From: Camelus dromedarius
Lineage: Eukaryota
NCBI RefSeq assembly: GCF_036321535.1
Contig: NC_087454.1
Coordinates: forward strand, 27,032,001-27,096,000
Direction: 5' to 3'
Length of the DNA stretch: 64,000 nucleotides
The position numbers and the translations under genes are program-made. Within the stretch, counting starts at the first letter, position 1, and each line of letters starts with the position of its first letter. This document shows, in pieces, positions 58,501 through 64,000 of this stretch. Under the pieces are notes generated by a model. That model had not been told where the DNA came from and searched no databases. It saw only the letters and a list, made by a program, of their open reading frames with translations.

Positions 58501-60069
58501 CTGATTATTTTGGAGAATTTTAAATAACTTCTTTCAGTTAGTCACACAATAAATTTTCTAGAAAATCTTTCCTGATAGAGCATATGCAAGCATTAGTGTA
58601 GCAAAGGGAATTTGATTTGGGATGAGGAAGTGAGAGAAGGAGAAAGCATGAGAGTATCAGATTATAAAGTCCTTGAAAAGAAAAGTGGAACTTCTCACTG
58701 AACAGTTTAACAAAACATAGAATTTAAGTGTTCCTGAAGATTCTGATGTGCTGGTGCTGGTAAAAGAGGGATCCTTAATATTTAATCGACTCATCTAGGA
58801 CAGATTGATCTTTTAGGTAATTACTGTTATTTGAATGTACTTTCACTGACATTAAGAATGAATATTTCAGATACACAAATTTTTTTTGCCCTGTTCCAGA
58901 TAATTCCTCAAAACAAAGATAGAATCTGAAAATGAAAGTTTTGGGCTTTTTTTAGCTATTCTATTGAACAGTCCAGTTCACTTCTAAAGTAGCTTGTTTT
59001 TTTGTTTGTTTGGTGGGTGGTTGGTTGGTTTTTTTGTTGTTTGTTTTTTTGGCTTTTCAGAATGCATTCAGTTAGCTAGATATTTTTATACTGGGACTCA
59101 AGATGTTACAGAGCACTTAAAATGCCCTGGCTTCTGGAGTAGTCCATTTGCTTTTTGGATCTTGGAAGTTGGGAGTTTTTTGGTACATTGAAAATGCTCT
59201 GTGTAATTTTCACATTTGTTAAAGGTAAAATAATTGTGCAGATATTGCAGGGTCCAGTGTGAGAAATTCCACCACAGAGATTGCAAACTGACCAGCAATA
59301 TTTCTAGGCATTTTTACTAGTGGGCTCCTTATACAAAGGACTAGAATTCTCAGTGAGGTAAAAAAAGGGTAAAAGGTGTATGTTTCAAATATGATTGAGA
59401 GACTGTAGAGAAGAAGGTTATTCCACATAAACTTCTAGAGCTGCTTGCTACCTAACCTGCAGTCATTGCTAGGTACAATTTGATTTATTTCTTCCAAGTT
59501 ACTTAGAATTTGCACCCAACCACCATTAGCCCTCCCCCTCATTGCCTCCTCTCCAGCCTTCACTAGAGACCATTCCTGGCTATTGGTCTAAAAAGGCAAA
59601 CATCCTTGATGTTTATTAAATATTTCTCATAGGTTTAGCCCGTATTTGATGATAAATGCCTTATATCTATTGAGGCTTCCCAAAGACCCTGGGCATACTC
59701 CTTTATATCTGATCTTACAGTACTCAACTTGGCATTTAGTCACAGATACTGTATTTTTGAAGAAGATAACTTGAGGATGAGGACTTGAGACTATATTCTT
59801 AGTGTCTTTCCTACCTTTTCTCCCTCTAGCAGGAAGCAGACTACAGACTAGTTCCAGTGATTGTCTTTTGGTAAAAACCATTTTGTTTCTTGTGTTATTT
59901 CATTGTTCTCATTGTATTTCAGGTCCAGGGGCAGCCATTGATGGTACAAGTCAGTGGAGGCCAATTAATCACATCAACTGGCCAACCCATCATGGTCCAG
60001 GCTGTTCCCGGTGGACAAGGTCAAACCATCATGCAAGTACCTGTATCTGGGACACAGGGTTTGCAGCAG
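55496..60069 (+). CDS. NFYA: Nuclear transcription factor Y subunit alpha, 5' partial; visible join(55496..55570,59923..60069); the gene continues past the window
   Basis: MEQYTANSNSSTEQIVVQAGQIQQQ and VQGQPLMVQVSGGQLITSTGQPIMVQAVPGGQGQTIMQVPVSGTQGLQQ match the recalled NF-YA Q-rich activation domain. Confidence 0.95.
56961..57100. other. NFYA: Assembly gap (140 N); probably contains NFYA alternative exon 3 (87 nt)
   Basis: Exon 3 (QQGGVTAVQLQTEAQVASASGQQVQTLQV) is not visible between exons 2 and 4. The gap is large enough, lies about 1.4 kb after exon 2, is preceded by a pyrimidine tract and is followed by TGCATG motifs. Confidence 0.7.
59923..60069 (+). CDS. NFYA: NFYA exon 4 (147 nt, symmetric phase 0)
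   Basis: Acceptor GTATTTCAG|; donor CAG|GTGAGT. Confidence 0.95.
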
Positions 60070-60589
60070 GTGAGTGATAGTTTAAAAAAGAAAAGTTGAG
60101 ACAAAATATCAGGATGGAAGCTTTAAAAAACAGGTTGTTACAAACTGAAAATTGATATGGCATTTAATTGCTTCCTACCCTTTGTTCGCATTTAGTCAAT
60201 TTCCCTCCTTTGTAGTGTCAGTGGTATAAAGCAGAGCTATACAGAAATGGACATTTCTGCTAAGAACTAAGATATTAGACATAATCTTGAATAAAGAATA
60301 TAAAAAGAGAATCTAGTTTGTAAAAGTAATTCACTGATGTGACCTTTGTTGGCACTTCTGGGCACTGGGGGAGAAAATTTACATTCTGCTTTGGAGATTT
60401 TTGTTTTGGATCAGAAATGTTACCCTTTTTATTTCCTTCCATGTAATATATAACTTGTTATCTAGCAAGTGAAGAAAAAGGAAATGCTTCAGTCCAAACC
60501 CATCGCACACACCTCAAGCTGTACTTAGAGCAAAATTTATAACCTTAAATATTTTAAAAGAACTGAAAATAAATGAATGGTATTTCTCT

Positions 60590-61039
60590 TAAGAAGTTAG
60601 GAAAAGAACAAAATGAGCAAAAGGTAAATTAAAATTAATGAAGTAGGAAACTAACAATAGTGTAGAAAGGTAAATAAAAGCTGATTCTTTAAACAGACTG
60701 ATAAAGTAGTTAGATAAATCCACTGAGAAGACTTGATTCAGAAACGGCAAACAAAAGTAGACAGGGCACACAACTCTGGCATCAAATTTTAAAATTAGAG
60801 GGATTTTTATCTTGGCAAGAATTTAAAACTGATTTTATCCAGTGCTAGAGTGGGTGTGAAGAAAATGAAACACTCATTATTGTTAGTAATCTTTCTAAAT
60901 CACTTTGGAAAGATATCTTACTCTTAAATCCAGAAACTTTTTGATCTACCTGTCACACTTCTGAGAAACTTCTATGAGAAGAAAAGCATCAATATGTAGG
61001 GGAAAATGTGCAAAGGCACTTACTGCAGCATTGTACTTA

Positions 61040-61076
<37 letters not shown>

Positions 61077-61340
61077 CACACAAAGAAAACCTGTAGCCTG
61101 AATGTTAATAAGGATTTTAAAAATGGTCGAATACAGCATACTGTATTCATATATGGAGTATTATGTCCTTTTTGTTGAAAAGAATGAATTGTTGACTTGG
61201 AGGAGGGGTTAATATTGAAGTATTCTTAGTGAAAAATGATTTGCAAAGAAATATATACTTGTCATCTTACCTTTGTAATTAATAGCCATATCCCATTGAG
61301 TGTATATGTTTATGAACTTTTTACCAAAGTTTTCTAGAAC
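60590..61340 (+). mobile_element. Degraded L1 (L1ME-like) ORF2/3' fragments
   Basis: A-rich L1-like sequence (AAGAAGTTAGGAAAAGAAC...; CATACTGTATTCATATATGGAGTATTATG). Confidence 0.5.
61043..61072. repeat. (AC)15 microsatellite
   Basis: Read directly from the sequence. Confidence 0.9.
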
Positions 61341-62084
61341 TATTTATATCTTGTTTTAACGGTTACAATGATCACATTAATGTCTTAGTTTTGCTGGAGG
61401 AATGTGTAATATCAGTCAAAAAATTCAGCCACGATTACACTGCTCGATAAATCAAACTTAATTTTTGCATATTCCCTTTGTAGGTCTATGCACACCTTTC
61501 GGGCATAATTGTACCATGCATATAGTTTTCATTGTTGTGTGTTTGGTGTTTTTGTTTGTTTTGTTTTGCTTTTTTAAAAATTTCTCTTATTTCCGGATGA
61601 TTTTCTTACCATGTTTAATTCCCTCATAATAGTCAACTTGGTGAATCAGAATTTCTCACTTATAAAGTGTATTTAGGGATTTTTTTTACTTTACTTTTGT
61701 GAGTTTGTTTTTTCTTTTATAGGTAAGATACTAAAATGTATTTGAATTTTATAGCTTTATTTTTTCAGTTGAATTAAATCTTACTGTAATTTCTTTGTAG
61801 TAGGGGAATTGGTTGAGCAAAAGGTAAGATCATTTTTAAAGCTATTGGCATATTTTTGTCAGGATAGAGTTGCAGTTAGGATTAAAAATAGTTTCCACGT
61901 TTCTCCATGCATAAATGTATGAGCCTTTAAGTATATTTTTAGTGTATGTACTTTCCTCAGTTTCGCAGTGCAATTTCATTTCTGTCCTTCCTCTCATTGC
62001 CTGCTTTCCAACCCCCTGTTGCCACGCCTTCTTCTCTCCTGTTGAGTAGAAACTGTAATAGAGTTCTAGGAACAGTGGACTAAG

Positions 62085-62232
62085 TGCAGTGACCTGGCTT
62101 TGATTCTCAGGTCTACCAGTAAACAAACTTTCTGATCTTGGCCAAGTCATTTGATTGTCAGTTTTCTCATTCGGAAATGCAGTTTATATCAGGTGATTTC
62201 TAGGGTTCATTCCAGCTCTACATTCTGTGATT
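62085..62232 (+). mobile_element. MIR (MIR3/MIRc-like)
   Basis: TGATCTTGGCCAAGTCATTT...CTAGGGTTCATTCCAGCTCTACATTCTGTGATT. Confidence 0.6.
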
Positions 62233-62829
62233 TTTATGGTAGTTTTTCGGGGGGGCCTTTAAAAGACATTGGAAGGGTTATTTTATTCCCCTCCCTCCAA
62301 GCAGGACTGTAAGCAATCAAACCATATTGGAAAAATTATTTTCTGTTAATGTTATATAATATGGCTCTAAGTGAGATTCCATAGCCACCCTTAGAATGCT
62401 TAAAATTTAAATCCATTTTTATTAGAGGCGGCTTTGGTGTTTTTTGAATGACCATATCTTTTAGGAGAGTACTTAACTCTTTTGGGACTGCATCTTCTAT
62501 TTTAGAATTCCAGTGAAACCTGTGCTCTCTTTTTAGATTAAGATCCCTGGCTTGATACAGACAAAATAGTGAGTCAAGAAAAGACGTAAGAATATTGGAA
62601 ATTGGTATATAACCCCAAAAGAATAAAGTATTAGTGAAGAAATTGTTTAAGAATGATATTGAAAAAGAAAATCGATCCCTTTTGACACATACTGTGTCAA
62701 AAAATACTAGCTAGATAGGTTACAGATCTAAATGTAGAAAAGCAAACTTGCAAACTTTTATATTCTCTTTACAGGAACATTTTCTTTATGATGTAGGATA
62801 GAGAAGGATTTCTTAAAGACAAAAAAATT

Positions 62830-63070
62830 AATTTGAGTACTTTAAAAAAGCTTATATACATCAAAATATAAAATAAAGGTAAAAGATGAGGTGCAGATTT
62901 GGAGAAGATATTTTTTAACATATAACTGGGTTTTTATCCAGAGTACATTAACATTTTTATATAGATATGAAAACGATTCAATAGAAAAATGGGCAAAGAA
63001 TATGAATAGATGGAAGAGGAGACCCTGTTGACAGATGTTCCTTGCTATTCCAAAATTCAGAGAGAAATAG
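62830..63070 (+). mobile_element. Old L1 ORF2 fragment
   Basis: ATTTGGAGAAGATATTT...CAATAGAAAAATGGGCAAAGAATATGAATAGA. Confidence 0.6.
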
Positions 63071-63148
63071 ATTGAGATAACTGGATAGATTTCTTTACTT
63101 GTTTGTTTATTTACCAACACTTTCTAAGTCCTAACTATGTACTAAGTA

Positions 63149-63292
63149 CAGTTGGCCCCCCATAACCACAGGTTTCACATCTGCAGGTATGGAGGTCCAC
63201 CTGTAAGGGACTTGAGCATGCAGGGATTTTGGTATCTGCCAGTTGGGGGTGGGGTCCTGGAACCAGTCTCCATGGATACCAAGTGATGACTA
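63149..63292. mobile_element. TcMar-Tigger MITE (MER2-like)
   Basis: TA|CAGTTGGCCCCCCATAACC...TGTAAGGGACTTGAGCAT...GGTCCTGGAACCAGTCTCCATGGATACCAAGTGATGACT. Confidence 0.7.
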
Positions 63293-63316
63293 TTTGGGGA
63301 AAGTAGTTAAGACCTA

Positions 63317-64000
63317 GGCAGAGGATTCTAGGAAGGTGGCAGAGTGGGATATACCAGGAATCTGCCCCCCACACACACACACACACACAACGATTGCACT
63401 GGCAGAATCTGTCTGATTTAGCTATTTGGGAACTCTGGAGTCTACTGAAGGCTTGCAGCTTCCAGGGGACAGCTTAGATGGTAAACTGAGGTTAAGTTCA
63501 GTAATTTTCAGCTTTTAGCTAGCACAGTAATAGGTACCCAGTTCCCTGGTAGACAGCTGTGCAAGGTTTCAGAAGCAGCTTACACACAGCTTGTAGGAAC
63601 CAGGGTATAAACAAAATAAGACCCTTTTCTCTAAATATCAGGGATCGCTGGTTGCTGCTTCTGATTACAGAGGTACAGAGAGGAAGACATCATTTTTGTT
63701 ACACCTACCCTCATTTGCTATGAGCCCTCCCACTCCAGCTAAAGTGACCTTTAGGGGATTTAAAAGGTAGTGCCCTTCCCTGCCTTCATTTTCCTTTTTC
63801 TCCTTTTGAGAGCTAGACATTAGACTCTAGGGCATTCAAAAGCAATTGCATATTTTTAAAAAAGTGATTGCACATGCCCAAGAAAGGCGCAAGCTCTGAA
63901 AAGACCTTAAGTTTATGCCTCAGGCTGGTTTTTGGCATAGAGACAGCCTACAACAATAACCAAAAAATCCCAGCAAACCCTGGGGAAAGGGGAGAATCTG
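63317..64000 (+). mobile_element. L1 5' UTR (L1M/L1MA-type), runs off the window, in NFYA intron 4; contains (AC)9 at 63371-63388
   Basis: GGAAGGTGGCAGAGTGGG...CCAGGAATCTG...GCACTGGCAGAATCTGTCTGA...GGAACTCTGGAGTCTACTGAAGGCTTGCAGCTTCCAGGGG matches a recalled L1M 5' end. Confidence 0.65.

Noticed and set aside
55571-59922. Apparent loss of NFYA exon 3
   Set aside because: A 140-N gap lies at the expected position, so absence cannot be claimed
1-64000. Prokaryotic systems (CRISPR arrays, operons, IS elements, phage, rRNA)
   Set aside because: The sequence is intron-containing mammalian DNA; there are no regularly spaced repeat-spacer arrays or rRNA-like segments

Overview
This is mammalian genomic DNA, not prokaryotic. 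It is most likely a camelid, judged from a tRNA-derived Vic-1-like SINE and a camelid-type L1 tail, and it comes from a draft assembly with three N gaps (33262-33418, 49113-49404, 56961-57100). The window holds the conserved syntenic block UNC5CL(-) / TSPO2(+) / APOBEC2(+) / OARD1(-) / NFYA(+, 5' part only). UNC5CL (518 aa, 8 coding exons), APOBEC2 (224 aa, 2 coding exons) and OARD1/TARG1 (152 aa, 5 coding exons, one GC-AG intron) reconstruct as intact reading frames. NFYA exons 2 and 4 are visible, and exon 1 and the alternatively spliced exon 3 appear to fall inside assembly gaps. The main result is that TSPO2, the erythroid cholesterol-binding translocator, carries three independent inactivating lesions: TAG at codon 36, a GT>GA splice-donor loss after the second coding exon, and TGA at codon 152 inside the CRAC motif. 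It therefore looks like a unitary pseudogene, which is notable given the unusual erythrocytes of camelids. Secondary observations include an ISG15-like ISRE with a CCAAT box and a DR4 in APOBEC2 intron 1, a CTCF motif in the OARD1 3'UTR, a periodic NRF1/GC-box module in the OARD1-NFYA bidirectional promoter, candidate extra UNC5CL 5' exons, an antisense promoter/exon and many interspersed repeats. Orthologue comparisons and repeat family names come from recalled sequences, not from searches, and repeat boundaries are approximate.
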